Counted from the first letter of the stretch, positions 24,187 to 38,117 are shown. The stretch: 41,182 nt of DNA from Octopus bimaculoides (GCF_001194135.2 NC_068985.1:29420479-29461660), one strand, 5' to 3'. Notes: a model not told the origin generated them from the letters alone. Numbers and translations: made by a program.

Positions 24187-24330
24187 GTTGACATTTATTT
24201 CACTTGCCCTTTGAAAGATGACAGACCATCTTTCTGATGTTAGGCGTAACATCAGAAGTATAAAACAATGAAGCAGACAAAATAAAGAACCTAAATTTGA
24301 ATCTCTACAATTTGGACTACCAGAGCTTGA

Positions 24331-24391
24331 TTTAACAAAAGAGCTAATTTAACAAAAGAGCTAATTTAACAAAAGAGCTAATTTAACAAAA
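24331..24391. repeat. 17-bp perfect tandem repeat, ~3.6 copies
   Basis: Unit tttaacaaaagagctaa at 24331, 24348 and 24365, with a partial unit at 24382. Confidence 0.95.
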
Positions 24392-25574
24392 TGTCTGCCT
24401 TTATTATGAAAGCTATCAAAATCTATAGATAGAAACATCAACATAATCATTCATATCTGCTAGAAATAGAAACCAAATTTACTCCATATTATACTCTAAC
24501 ATTTTAAATAAAGAACACATTAGTTCAACGTATCAATAGAAAAGACAATGTTTACCGCTTGAATGCCTTTGATCAAAAACCTTCTAGAAAAGGATTGCTT
24601 AAAATGCTAAATAACAATAGGCAGGTAGACAGAAACATACTGGGCAATAAAGAGCATATTCAGATTGTAACCACAGCAAATACAACCATAAATAATGGGT
24701 TGAGAAGAGAGCCTTTATGTAGTTGGTTTACCCAATAGAGATGGCAGTTAATTCCTCTTAAATCATACTCTAACAACTTAAGAAATGGAAGGACATATTA
24801 GATAATAGCTACTCTTTGTGAAGAAGGAGAAAAGCAGGATAATCACAATCAGAAATACTTTGACCAGAGGTCAACTTGATAAGGTCCGGCCAAGAACTAA
24901 ATAATAACAATGACTACAAGTCAGAGTGTGCAGTATGGTCCTCACCAGACACAGGTTTAGCATATCCAGAGTTATGGATTGTACCTACATGTGAGAAACC
25001 TACTCACTAAGGGCTGACCATGGATTAGTCAACAACATAAATGTTTGACATGATGCATGTATTTTAATTTGTTTTCACTTAAATTCATGAGAATATTTGT
25101 TCCAAACAAAACTTTACTTAATGTTATCACTGTAAACTCTCATTAGCTGATATGACAAATTTGCTACAGCAACATTCCATTAATGCCAATGACATTGCAA
25201 TATACTTTACTCCAGAAGACTATCTGATTTCACTTTATATATCCAGTGAAATTTTGTTTTATAGAATCCACTCTGCCTAGATTTAAGATTTGAGCTTAGA
25301 AAAGTACTTGCAAAAGTTTAAGAAATCATGAACCGTTCATGATACTTCTGAGCCAGAACACTAACAGTAACAAACAAATTATTTAAACTTAACCAAAAAT
25401 TTTTTAAACTAAAATGCCATGGAGCTATATAAAATCTAAATAAAAAGAAAATTAAATTCCATTTCCATTTCCTATGTAGATAGAAGAATGTACTTGCTTG
25501 TAAGTAAAACATAATTTCAATTTTCTTTTACTGTATGAAATTAAACATTTGATTTGATTTTTTTATATCAATAA

Positions 25575-25810
25575 TTATCATCATCGCTACCATCATCTAA
25601 TGTCCTCTTTTCCATGCTTGCAGAGATTAGATGGAAGGCACATTTTTTATAATTGGATGCCTTTCCTGTCACCAACCTTCACCTGTTTCCAAGTAAGGTA
25701 ATATTTCCCTATAGCCAGACTTGTTTTTCAAGGAAGACTGGAAATGAACAGCATCACTTGTATTGACAATGATCTCATTTGCAACCATCTCATGATGTCA
25801 AGACACATAA
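25575..25810 (-). mobile_element. 3' half of SINE family C / RTE-like tail
   Basis: catcatc...ttttccatgcttgca...ggatgcctttcctgtcaccaacc...gtttccaagtaaggtaat...atgtcaagacac is the reverse complement of about 16075-16285. Confidence 0.75.
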
Positions 25811-25856
25811 ACACACATGTGTATCTGTCTATCTACCTATATATATATATATATAT

Positions 25857-25866
25857 NNNNNNNNNN
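25857..25866. other. assembly gap (10 N) after a (TA)n run
   Basis: Literal Ns in the sequence. Confidence 1.
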
Positions 25867-25923
25867 CAATGCAAGACACATTGTGATCAGTGTATAACAA
25901 CATTTGATAGTCTGGCAGATATT

Positions 25924-25980
<57 letters not shown>

Positions 25981-27520
25981 GCATGTGCGCGTGAGAGAGA
26001 GAGAGTTATAGAATGGAGTAGATAAGATCCAGGCTACATATGTTTCATAGTGAGCAGAACCTCAGAAGTGGTAAATATCCAAGCGAGATGTATACCGCAG
26101 GCTACTCTTCAGGCCAAGGATATCTTGATTAAATAAAAGTTTACATTGTCACAAGGAGGTACATGTTAATACATGGAAGATTCAATCAGAATGTGTAGAG
26201 AGCACAGTAGGAGAGAAGAATATAAATGTAGAGAGAAATAAGTATTAAAAGAAGGAAAAAAGAAGAAAATATGAGTGAGAGGAATGAGGAGTTTAAGCAA
26301 GGTCATTTGATCAGTAGTATTCAATAGGGTTGTTTTGGCTGAATCATGGAAATTAGCAAGAGGAGTGGTATTTGAAAAAAAGATAATGTGGAGGGAAGAA
26401 GGTGAGGAAATGTTTTTTATCAATAGGAAGAAAAAAATGTTCATGGTCACCTACCATGAAATATATAAGGAACTTTTTCAGTTTATCGTACTTTGATACG
26501 GAAAAAATCCACAATTTTCCATCTCAATAAACCACTATTGTCCCTGAAAGTTGTTTTTGATATTTACTACGGATTGCTTGAAGCTAACTTTCTTCCTACA
26601 CTTTGATCCCTGGATCGTACATTTATAAATATATATATATATATATATGACAAGTTTCTTTCAGTTTCTATCTGTAGCAGGAGCTTGTCTAAAATTCTAG
26701 CAAGTTCAATCCTACATGGAACTATACAATACTGTATCTAGTAGTGGATGGTGATGATGGAGGCTATAACTAAATATTTACAACAGTACGATAACCAAAT
26801 GAAAGAATAATAGCTTTAAAGCATACACATTAGGTTATAAAAACTTAACTAAATCAAATTAAGTTTTTGTTTTTACTTATACTCCATTACAAGTACACTT
26901 AAATTTAGTCATCTTTAAACACTTTAATCCTATATTTCCACATAACCTTTGGCAAGATTTGAACATATATTTCTCAAGAAGAATTTCAATATTCTTACCA
27001 GTTATGCTATATCAAATTAAGAGCCAAAAAGTTTTACAATAATTACAAAAACACTGGTAATAGATAGGAATAGTTTTAAACAGATATAAATATCACAGAA
27101 CTATATTTTTACATAACTGAGACATTCAAAGATTGCCTATGTGTTTGTATTACCTATGTGTTTGTAGGTTTATATAGAACTAGTATGTCCTTCAATAAGG
27201 TGTTTATCTGTACCCAATTCTTATAATAGTTTAGCATTCTTTCTAGTGGACAGATCTGCTACCCATTCATCCTACAAGCCATTGTAGCATAAGAAAGATA
27301 GACATTTACATATTAACTACAATGTCATAACCAGTATTATTAAAATGTTGTTTTCACATATGTTTTGCTATACTGGAGACAAATCTATGGATTTCTTTTA
27401 CCATAAGCAACACCATCCTTAACTATTATGTATAGATATACAATGAAACATTGTTGTCCTGTGACTATTCATACAGTTCATAGCTATTTTAAATACTCAG
27501 TTGAAACTGTGAAAGAAAAT

Positions 27521-27569
<49 letters not shown>

Positions 27570-27937
27570 TATTAAAATATTTCAAAAATAAAAACTTAAT
27601 ATATACAAAGCTTAATTTATTTGACCTTTGTGAAAACTATACAAAACAGTCTTCGATAATGGAATTAATATCTACTTAAGTAGATCAAAGTCTCTGGAGA
27701 AGACAACAATACCCACTTTTTGTCCTAAAACAACTAGCTAACTACCATGCTCTTAGAAGTGGGTACATACAACAAAGACTTGTTTCTAATTTCTTACAGG
27801 TTTTATTTCTAATGTTGCATGTATGGTTCTTATAAATCAGAATATCGCATGCATTTTTGGAGGAGGTATTTTATAACTTCATACACTTCTTAACACTAAT
27901 CATTCAAGTATGAAGAAAATATATAATATAATAGTTC

Positions 27938-28303
27938 GTCATCATCATTTGATGCCTGTTTTCCATGCTGGCATGGGTTGGATGATTTTAGAGGATCTGA
28001 CAAACCACAGGACTACATTAAACACCAGTGTTAGGTTTCATATGGTTTCTACAGCTGGATGTCCTTCCTTTCTAACACCAACCACTTTACAGTGTATACT
28101 AACTGCTTTTTTTGTGATACTGCTGTTAGTGAAATCATCAAGTATTTGTGTCAGTGTTATGAAAAAAGTACTGAGTATACACTGTAATGTGGTTTACATT
28201 AGGAAGGGCATCCAGCTATTGAAACCATCCCAAAGCTGACATTAGAGTGACATAGTCCTGCACCTCATCAAATCTTGTCAAACCATTCAGCTCATGCTAG
28301 CAT
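27938..28303. mobile_element. second head-to-head inverted pair of RTE 3' tails
   Basis: Minus copy (catcatcat...ttccatgctggcatgggttgga...ctacagctggatgtccttcc...gtgtatact) followed by a plus copy (agtatacac...taggaagggcatccagct...catgctagca). Confidence 0.8.
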
Positions 28304-28878
28304 ACATGTGTGGGATGGAGGAGAAGATATATATTCAAAATTTAAATATTCAAATTCCAGAGTATACTGAACTTATTTTGTGCATGACTTTTGGTCCACA
28401 CTGTACACACACATACATGTGCATACACATGCCATGCACACACAAGTACAGCTAAGTAAAAATAAATGTAGTATTTGATTTCATTTCTGTTCCAAACCAA
28501 ATCAGCTTCACTTTTCCACCTCATGAGGTTGATGTAATAAGTACCAGACTAGAGTTCAACGTAATTTATGAAGCCCCCTGAAGTGCCCCAGCATGGTCAC
28601 AGTCTGATGGCTGAAACCAGTAAAAGAATGTAATTTGCACTAACTTTGGATCTGAAACTAAATCATTATATATTTATACAGTTGAAAGCATTACAGCCAA
28701 ATTGAAACCTTAACTGAATTATGCAATGAAACTATTTCATATTTTATCTGTATCAGTTTCCTAACGATACAAGAATTCATGGTTTGTTTGTTTGTTTAAT
28801 TGTAGGACGGTGATATCATCTTGCTTTTATACTTTCCTTTTTATGCAGTATTTTTCTATTTAAAATTAGTGTGATGTA

Positions 28879-29039
28879 CCGTATTTTAATGTGTATAAGG
28901 AACCCTCTAATTTTGGGAGCTTAAAATTTAGAAAAAAGGTTTTATAAGGGATTATAATAGAATCCATGTATAAGAAACTCCCACACATTTTAACCTAATT
29001 TTTGACAAAAAAGGGTTCCTTATACACGTTAAAATATAG
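28879..29039. mobile_element. 161-bp pogo/Tigger-like MITE
   Basis: TIRs ccgtattttaatgtgtataaggaaccc / gggttccttatacacgttaaaatatag match at 24/27, flanked by TA at 28877-28878 and 29040-29041. Confidence 0.85.
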
Positions 29040-29499
29040 TATATATTATTTGTTTTAAACCTCTTTTTCACTGCACTATGTTTTACAATGCAGTGTCATC
29101 TGCATATACTCTGAAACATTACGCTGCATAGAGGCACTAAAATGTCTTTTTTAATCACTCATCCAATGTATTTAAATCCTGTATGAACAACTTTTAAGCA
29201 TTAAATCCATTCCTAAATACTATAAGATTACCACCTTATTTTGTATTTTAAATAACATTATCTTACACATATATATATATATATATATACTAGTAACTTT
29301 CTTCTTAAAACTTCACTACTCACAGGTATAAAAGCATAGTAGTAAGAAAATCTATTGTAGGCAATGTTTTATATGTTTTATCTGCTCATTTGCCATCAAA
29401 TATGGCAAACAAATGGAGAAAGCAGAGGGTTGTGAGGTCTCCTTTACTCCTGTCTTTGCTGAAGATTTAAGTCTCTCTCATGCTAGTACTAGAGAAAAT

Positions 29500-29680
29500 G
29501 CATCTAGTATTCTCTGTAAAATGGCTAGCATTGGGAAGGACATCCAGTCATGAAACTGAGTCAAAATGTCACACATGAGCACCAGTCTATGAGCAATGGC
29601 TCCTAAAAGCAAATGACTCAGAGGACATGATGACCAGACCAACCCATGCCAGCATGGAGGGTGGATGTAGAAACGGTGAT
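29500..29680 (+). mobile_element. degraded RTE 3' tail
   Basis: cattgggaaggacatccagtc...ccaacccatgccagcatggagggtggatgt. Confidence 0.65.
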
Positions 29681-32434
29681 CTTTTTTCACTCCTTACTAC
29701 AAAAAAACAAAGGATTGCAAAGATATCAATTTTCATTCTGCACAATTCTAAATAAAAAATAAGTGATCAGCTGCATCATCAATCTGTGAAAGTAATAAAA
29801 TTTCTTTCTTCACTTACTGTGCAGCATAAAAGAAGTCACAATACATTAATCTTTCATACTCCTGAGTGTGTTTACTCTCAGCTATAAAATAATGAATTTC
29901 TGTTGTATAACATCTATATCAGCAACAACAAAGTAGAATTGAAGCTTTCTATGTAATTTATAACATAACATTGGCTTTCAAGAATCCTTTGCATGTATTA
30001 GATACCACAAGGATACTATCTACACTTAGTTCAGAAATATGTTCCAAGCCCATCATAGAACAACATGTTCTGAACAAGATGCAGCGTAGGATTTTCTAAA
30101 ATGGGTGATAGTATTTGCTTATTAATACACAGTAAGAGAAGGTACAATTTGGGTTCTTGAATTTACTTGTTCACAATACATGTGCTAGTGGATGATTGTT
30201 CGTATTATATACGATTTTCTGATTTACAAATCTTTTCCACAGATCTACAGCATAAATTCACAGCAGCTATGTATCATATGGGAGCTCGTAAGAAAGTAAG
30301 GGTTGTAAGAAACTGATGTTTAAGCATCAATAACAAATTAAGCAGTAAAATGGATGAACTAAAGAAAATAATAATCATTAATTATAAGCATTAAGAGATG
30401 ATAAAAATGTATGTATATAAATTATGAGTCTCTGGAATAGTGATCTACCAAGTTTATTTATTAAGATAAACAATGGTAAGTTGAAAAACGAATGTAAATA
30501 TAATTAGCTGTATTACTTAGAGACATTATGGAGAAAATTGTGGTAGAATAGCCCAATTGTTTATATCAAAAAACTTATATTATCTAACACCACAGTTAGT
30601 AATCCTAGATTGCTTATAATTCACTCCTTTTTACTTTGTATTATTTACTTCTTTAATGTTCTGTTATTTACTTTTCCTGACCTGAATAAAACTGATTCAA
30701 GTTATTTTGAATCTATAATGTGAAGTCAATTTTGTAGACCCAGAATATAAAGCAAAGATAAAATCACAAAAACATAGAGAAATTCAAAAGGAAATTAATA
30801 ATATAGATTCTTTTGGCAACAAAAATCAACTTAATTCTGCAGACTACATAGGCATACAAAATGTAACAAAAGTCAGTTCATATTTAGTACATTAATTTGT
30901 TGGATTAGTGGGAGCAAGCCAATCTGTTTCTACATAACAAATAGATTTTGCACACTTCATTTCATTTCATGCCAATGATAAAAAGAAAAGAAATGAATAC
31001 TAAATAATTAGACAAAATGGAAGATCAGCTATGAATCAGACTAATTTTCTCCAAAACTACACATTCTTCCACAATTAATCTAAGTATTTTTGATGAACTC
31101 TAAAATCACATTGAACACTACCAAAATTATTTTTTACAACTTTGTAACTCTAAATAACATCCACACACAGTTTGATAGTAAACTTGTTATTCATTTACTA
31201 AAATTATTTTTGGTATGTCCTAAAGATTAAGAGATAAGCAGCTAATGAATCAAGCTCCCTACGAATCAAGTATAACCAGGTATCAAACCTTGGTTTGATA
31301 GTAGGTTATAACTATTTACATTTTACACAGACCAGTACTAATATGCTTGAAGAAATAAAAACAATCATAATTCCTAATTTCTCTATTTCCGAAGCTAACA
31401 GAATCAATCTTTTATGTGTGAATAACTCTGATCACACAAAGTCAGGTAAGTGACTAACACATTGTGACATAGTTTAATATTTAAGCATCTTTCATGATAA
31501 AATATTTATCAGTAAAATAGACTAATAGCATGTAAAAACAAAAATCAATTAAAATCTAAATATGAAACAGTATTTCTATTGCGACATAGATATCCTAGAT
31601 TGCAACCAAAAGATTACAACTACCAACCTGGTTTCTACTCTCTTCTACTAGCAATACAATGGGCTTTTGCTTTTCTGAACTAGCTCCAATTAAAGTTTAT
31701 CTCTCTCTCTTCTTCCCACTACCCTGTCTCTCACCACACAGAAACTTCACAAAACACATTTCTTAAAGTAAACAAAGGAGTAAACAGTAAATAGGAGCCT
31801 CAAGAAACAGGAGTAAACAAGTAAACAGGAGCGTCAAGAAATAACAGTCAAATCTCTCCTAAATCCCATTCTAATGTTTTAAAGAAAGGACATGCTGCAC
31901 AGTATAGTAATTGCTACACACAATAATGGAATGGTCACAAAATCTACTGGAGCAGATCTGACTTGGGTTAAACAACAACAGTAGTAACACTTCCCTCGTC
32001 CATCATCAAAGTGATAGCCCGCTGGATTTTCTCCACCCAACACCTGCTATGCTTTTGTTACAGATATCAATCTACAGATGTTCAAGTGGAACATCAACAG
32101 TATCAATACAAACAATGAGTGATAGACTACAAAGGTCACTGGCATTTATCCACCTCTCTTGACAAACTTATAGAATAACAAAAAATTGTGTTGTCTAAAC
32201 AGAACTTCAATAGAAGAGGCTGAAACTGTGACGATATCCTCAGACAAGATGTTTATTACATAAAAAAAGAATTTGAAATATCAATAACATTTCCAAACAA
32301 CTATATAAACATAGATTTCATTTGCTACAGTATTGAAGGAAAACATATTTAAAAAGCTTAAGATTATATAATTTGTTTTCTGCTTTTGTTATTGAACTCC
32401 ATTTCCCCAAAAGAATAACAATAAAGAGCTTTAC

Positions 32435-32554
32435 CTTTCATCTCTGCTGTCATCAGTGGAACATTCATCTTTTAAAGTTTCTTTGGTCATTCCACAACTG
32501 GACATAATCAGAGACTCCAGACTTGCAGTCCTTAGGGATTCTGAAGAACGCTTC
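32435..32554 (-). CDS. GRAMD1: internal coding exon (KRSSESLRTASLESLIMSSCGMTKETLKDECSTDDSRDE) of the same gene as 8377-8827
   Basis: The acceptor is tcttatttttcttattgtatccctag|G and the donor AG|gtaaag. The exon is 120 nt (1+39 codons+2) and open. Its phase-2 end joins the phase-2 start of the 8827 exon in frame (AG+G=Arg, ...DDSRDE-R-TSNVPW...). Confidence 0.75.
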
Positions 32555-35089
32555 CTAGGGATACAATAAGAAAAATAAGAAAGCATATTAATTCCAAATT
32601 AAAACAGCATGCAATTAATACATGGGCACACAAGCCACAAGTTCACAAAATGAAATTGCCAATCTAAAACTAAATGCAATTTTTAAAGTTGTTTAATAAT
32701 GAAAAATTTTACTATAGCAGTAAAAATACAATTTACATAATTGTTTCAATGGTTGACATCATTACTAATGTCCCATTGGTAGATAGTACTAACTATTTAT
32801 CTACTTTGTGTTCGATAAGAGAATATTTCCAATTTCTATCAGGTATAATTTCAGAAATTTATATTGATTTTTTTGTTTAATTCAAAGTATTTAACAAAGG
32901 TATTCATATCAAATAGTTATGTTTTATATACAAAAATCTAATAAAATTGTAATTCCAGCTGCATTTATTTACAAAATATGGAAGTAAATCATATTAACTT
33001 GGCTGTAATGAGTTAAATTCAAAATGTTCTCAATTTGTAATTCATTTTAGTATGAACATGCTTGTTCCAGTATTGTCCATAACAGCTCTGATTGATTATA
33101 AGAACTATGATATGAAACTAGACTGACACTTATTGATAAACTCACAAACTAAATATGCCAAATATACTCCCATTTCTCTCTATTTTATTAATGGCAATGT
33201 AGCTTAATTTTAAGAAAATTTAAAATCAGATTTACATTATATGACATAATTTCTAAATTGTTACTTAAAATTCTTCAAAATAGAGGTTACTGTTGGCTTA
33301 GATTTTATTAAAGGGTCCTTCTGTACTTAAAGATGGTAACTATTTTTTTTTCAGAGATTTGGCAACTGTATGAGCAGTAGGATTACACACATAGAACTTT
33401 TTATTGATTTAAAATTTGAAAAAAAATTGTGTCTAATATGAAAATAATTTTTCAATTTCTTTGAAACTATGTATTTCAAGAAAATATGTAAAATTTTACG
33501 TTTCTGTCAATCCAAATTATTTCATCATAACTTTATTTCCATTAACCAAATATATAAAATTATCCTTAGTGTGAGACTTCTTTATACATCAACCGATGCT
33601 ACAATTACAAAATATATCTTCTTATGAGAGTGTCTCTCAACACACATTAAGTTGGATATAAAGATTGTTTTTTGATACTAATACTGCTTCTGTCACTAAA
33701 AATTACTATCTTCATAAATTTCTGATGAAACCAAGTAAATTTAAATCAATCTAATGTATAGTAATGTGCAAAGTCAACAAAATTTTAATTGCTACTGAAA
33801 TTAAGAAAAAAAATTGCTTTTATGCATAGAACATAATACAATATGCAAAATATCATTAGTACAAGTTATTTTTGAATGAAGACAAATTTAAATGTATGGG
33901 AGAAAAAGACAAAAAAAATACAATTACAATTCATAATTTTTTTAATATATAATTTAGATACAAAAGAGCAATAATGTTCTTCAATCAAAAGTAAAACAAT
34001 GAAAAATAATTATAAATTAACATGAAAAAGCAAATTCTCAAGCCTGCATAAATTCATGCCAATCCTAAATGTTTTGTTTAAAAAAAAAAATACAATGAAA
34101 TAAACATATCACAGAAAGAAGCATAGTAAATGAAGTATTTTACATTCATTTCACTTATTGGCATAATCAAAACAAATCAAAATGATTGGTCAGAAAAATC
34201 ATTGCCATACTTTTAATAATGCTCTGAAGATAATGTTTAAATCTCAGGCTGATGTAAGAGCTTTGTTGTTTAACTATTGTTTCAAATAGTAAACAAAGGA
34301 AATTCAAGGAAAAGAATAAATTAATAATTTTATTAAAACAATAGTTCTGTAACATAGAAACAAGAATATGAGTTCAGCATAAAAGAGAAGGATAAGGATA
34401 ATGAAATATAAAAATAAACAAACTAAAAGACAGTTTTCTTCTACTTTATAACTTTCTTTATATTAAAGGTAACACCATACACAGGTAAGGACTCAAATTA
34501 TATATATATTGGTAAGATTAATCCCTGTGTAGTAAATGCTAAGTAAACATAACTGCATTTAACTAAAAGGATTTTTAATCGACCAAAGTCAAAACGATAT
34601 ATACTGATTGCACCAAGTAATGTGCACACGCACATGTGCGCATGCACACACACACACACACACACACACACCACACACTTAATTTCTCTTTAAATACATA
34701 GATAGAGAAACTGTTTCTAAGAAAAAAAATCTACTATTTTCTGAAAAGGATTAAACTTCTGGTAACTTCTAAGTAACAAAAAATTTAGTTAGCAGGAAAG
34801 AAGATAGGACTCAACAGCCTTGTAGGAAGCTATTGATATACAGAAAAATAGTAAGTAGGAATCCCATACAGTGCACCCAATGTAGAATATGGCTGTGCAA
34901 GAGGTACAGTGGTATCACTGGCAGGTTGACAGAGAAAGGTGATTTCATTTGTGGCAAATGCACAGATATAATTACCTGCAAAAGTACTTAGGAAAAACAT
35001 TCTTTCAAATGTTTAGAAGGCTACATAGAAATTGTTGATAGTTTCTCTTACCTAAGTGGCATAATTAGCAGTGGTGATGGGCATTTAAA

Positions 35090-35615
35090 AGCATAGCAGC
35101 CTAAATAAGAACAAGGTACGAAAAGTATATGCAGCTATTCTACTAACAACAAAGGGCTTCTCTAAGTTAACAGTAGACAGTATGAAACTTACAGAGTACA
35201 ATGTTGCATGGTACTGAAACATCAGTGCTAAATAAAAAGGATGTGTAAGGGCTGGAAAGAAACCAGGTCCGCATATTTCAATAGAAGTGTTCAAGAAAAT
35301 CTAGGTGTATGGAGAAATCAGATGTGGTGTGCAAGAAAGAAGACTGTTCTGGTTACAGTTATGTGATGTATATGAAGGATGACATTTGAGAAAAGAAATA
35401 CCAAGCAATCCAAGCAGAAGGACAATGAGGAAGAGGAAAACTGATGAAGACATGGGAAGAAGTGATGGGACTGATATCAGGATGCTGAACTTTATAAAGG
35501 AGATGATGAGGAATTGTAACCAGCAGTGAGACAAACAGTATGCTGGAAAAGACCTATCCAACCCAAGTAAGCATGAGAAAATAGACATGAAAATGATGAT
35601 AATGATGGTGACAGT
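35090..35615 (+). mobile_element. degraded RTE LINE 3' end (RT C-terminus and tail)
   Basis: LLTTKGFS...MLHGTET...IRCGVQERRL...GRGKLMKTWEEV...ends caacccaagtaagcatgagaaaatagacatgaaaatgatgataatgatg. Confidence 0.8.
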
Positions 35616-35671
35616 AACAACGATGGAAATCTAGTAGTATAGAGTATGTTGTTTTCCAGTATAATTAAATG

Positions 35672-35875
35672 ATGGCGATGAGCTGGCAGAATCGTTAGCC
35701 TGCCAGGCGAAATGTTTAGCAGTATTTCGTCCCTCTTTAAGTTCTGAGTTCAAACTCCACTGAGGTCGATTTTGCCTTTCATCCTTTTGAGGTTAATAAA
35801 ATAAGTACCAGTTGAACACTTGGGTTAATATAATCGACTCACTCCAAGCTACCCTTGTGGCAAAAATTTGAAATA
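35672..35875 (+). mobile_element. SINE family B copy
   Basis: gatggcgatgagctggcagaatcgttagc...gaggtcgattttgcctttcatccttttgagg...aaataagtaccagt. Confidence 0.88.
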
Positions 35876-37262
35876 ATTAAATGTTTATTTGCACACATAC
35901 ATGAAAAGTTCCCTTATCTATGAAACGTAAACAGCTCATCTGTAGTATCAAACATTCTCTGTATCAAACATTTATAATATTTTATAACATTTATGCATAA
36001 AATAATTGCAAGACTGTTAGATTATGATATGTAACAGAATTAGAATACATATAAACACATACACACACACATATTTTTTACTATGTATATGCATATACAC
36101 ATCATAAGCATCATCATCATTTTACAACTGTTTTACTATGCTACCATAAGTTATGCATGTACTAACAATTGGATGTCCTACCGAATACCAACAACTTTAG
36201 TGAGCTGAGTGCATTTTTTTGTGAGACTACCGCCACAGAAGTTGCCTTAGTGTCAGCAAAACTAAAAAGCCCTCTCAAACCATTCATTATCACTGTTTGA
36301 ATCAATTTACAACTTGCAGAGGTATTAGGTGCATTTTTCATGACACTAACTCTAGTTGAGACACTGTGTGGCTCATAAGGCAAAAGAGAGTTCCTATGAC
36401 TGAAAGAGTTGAAATTAAAGGATGATGAAAGAAACAGATTTATTGCTGTGAGGAAAAGATTGGAGAGTAGCAGAGAGAACAATGTTGGGGGAATACGAGA
36501 AGAGACAGGAGAAGGGGAAAGGGAATGGGCCATATCATGGATATATATGTGTAGGTGTGCTTCTTAATTTATACATTTATCATCCATTTTTCCATGCTAG
36601 CATGGGTTAGACAAATAGGTATTATGTTACAGTTAGATGCTTTTCCTGTTACTAACTCTACATGTCACCAAAACACACTCAGTGGTTGATTTGTTGACAG
36701 GGCAATGTCAACAAGCTTTACTATGCATAGCTCAGGGTTTTTCATATGAAGCACACCTTCATTTGAAGAACATAAACATTCACAGATACACACACACACA
36801 CACATGCTTATTTTAATTTTGAACAGCACACAAGTTTTGCTTCTATAATTAATTGTCTATACTTGTAAGGAGTTCTATATATGAAAGACGTATTGCTTAC
36901 TAATGTTTTTCCATACAAAAAGTATAGTTAAACTCAGACTACATAACCAATTTCAAAAGAACCTGAGATAAAAACATTGTAAACATAGATGATAAATGCC
37001 AAAATGTACCACAAGACAGATGTAATGAACATTGATATATCTGCACAAAAATAATATATATTTACAAAACATTCAAATAAGCTCTGCATAATCCGAAAAA
37101 ATAACAAAATTATATGTAAAAGTAATGAAATGTTTGTAATTGTGGATAAAGACAAATGTATTGCAAAATTAACAGCTAGTGAATGACAAAAACAAATTTA
37201 TTAGGCTTCAGAAAGACAAGATCACTAAAGTAAAATGAAACTTAAATTAATTACACTAACAC

Positions 37263-37462
37263 AGCGAGCCAGTAAAACTATTAGAGCATCAGAAAAACTG
37301 CTTTGCGATATTTGTTTTGAGTTCAAATCCCACTGAAGTCAACTTTGCCTTTCAGCTTTCTAGGGTCAATAAAATAAAATATCAGTCAAGTACTAAGGTC
37401 AATTGTACTGATTTATACTCTCCCTTCATAATTGCTGGCCTTGTACCTAAATTAGAAACCAT
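37263..37462 (+). mobile_element. older SINE family B copy
   Basis: tttgagttcaaatcccactgaagtcaactttgcctttcagctttctagggtcaataaaataa...gctggccttgtacc. Confidence 0.75.
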
Positions 37463-37559
37463 TAATTACAGCAATAAACAAACAAGATCTCCTAAAATCA
37501 TTATAAACTCTCTATATGTTCATAATCTCTAATTATGTCTCATAGATGAAGAGCAAAAA

Positions 37560-37830
37560 AGCGACGATGCTATACTGTACTCAAATATTTCAGACTGCAT
37601 CTCCCAAAAGATGATGCAACCGATTGATAAGCTTTCATTTCTTGTATTATCACAATAATGATTCCAGCTAAAATGGTCCTGCCAATCCCACTGTGTCTCA
37701 CCGTCAAACCATAGACTAGATATTCCACCTAAATATTTATTCCTAGAACTACAAATTCTCAGACTCCCATTTTCTTGCATCTCTAGAGACATCAAACTGC
37801 AGAAACTCAAGCTAAATATCAATAAAATTG
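37560..37830 (+). mobile_element. possible highly degraded LINE endonuclease-region remnant
   Basis: One frame gives GPANPTVSHRQTID*IF...YKFSDSHFL, loosely like the APE PT...TID...SDH motifs. It contains stops. Confidence 0.3.
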
Positions 37831-38023
37831 ACCAGATCATTTTGGAGGGGGCAAGTATATCCGTATGTATGGCTATGAGGTCAGAACAAACAGCCATTAT
37901 AAAGAGGGACAGGATGAGTGTAATTACACAAGAGAGAAAAATATGAGTGCAAGACGAAATGAGAAAGAAACGAACATGTGGTATACAGACAGCTAGATGT
38001 ATAAGCTGACAAATAAATAGCTT

Positions 38024-38058
<35 letters not shown>

Positions 38059-38117
38059 GGGATGACTCAGCTAAAGAGTAAGAAAGTGACAACCATCATA
38101 TCATTGAAACTTTAACT

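Noticed and set aside
24331-24391. CRISPR-like array
   Set aside because: Units are contiguous with no spacers, there are no cas genes, and the context is eukaryotic.
25857-25960. Microsatellite-gap-microsatellite arrangement as a biological structure
   Set aside because: Assembly gap. The true length and continuity across the Ns are unknown.
26480-26620. Small CpG cluster in apparently unique sequence as a possible internal promoter
   Set aside because: Only about four CpGs and no in-frame ATG-donor pair compatible with the gene. Too weak to call.
31777-31840. ~33-bp local direct duplication (ggagtaaacag...caagaaa)
   Set aside because: Ordinary slippage duplication next to a repeat, with no further structure.
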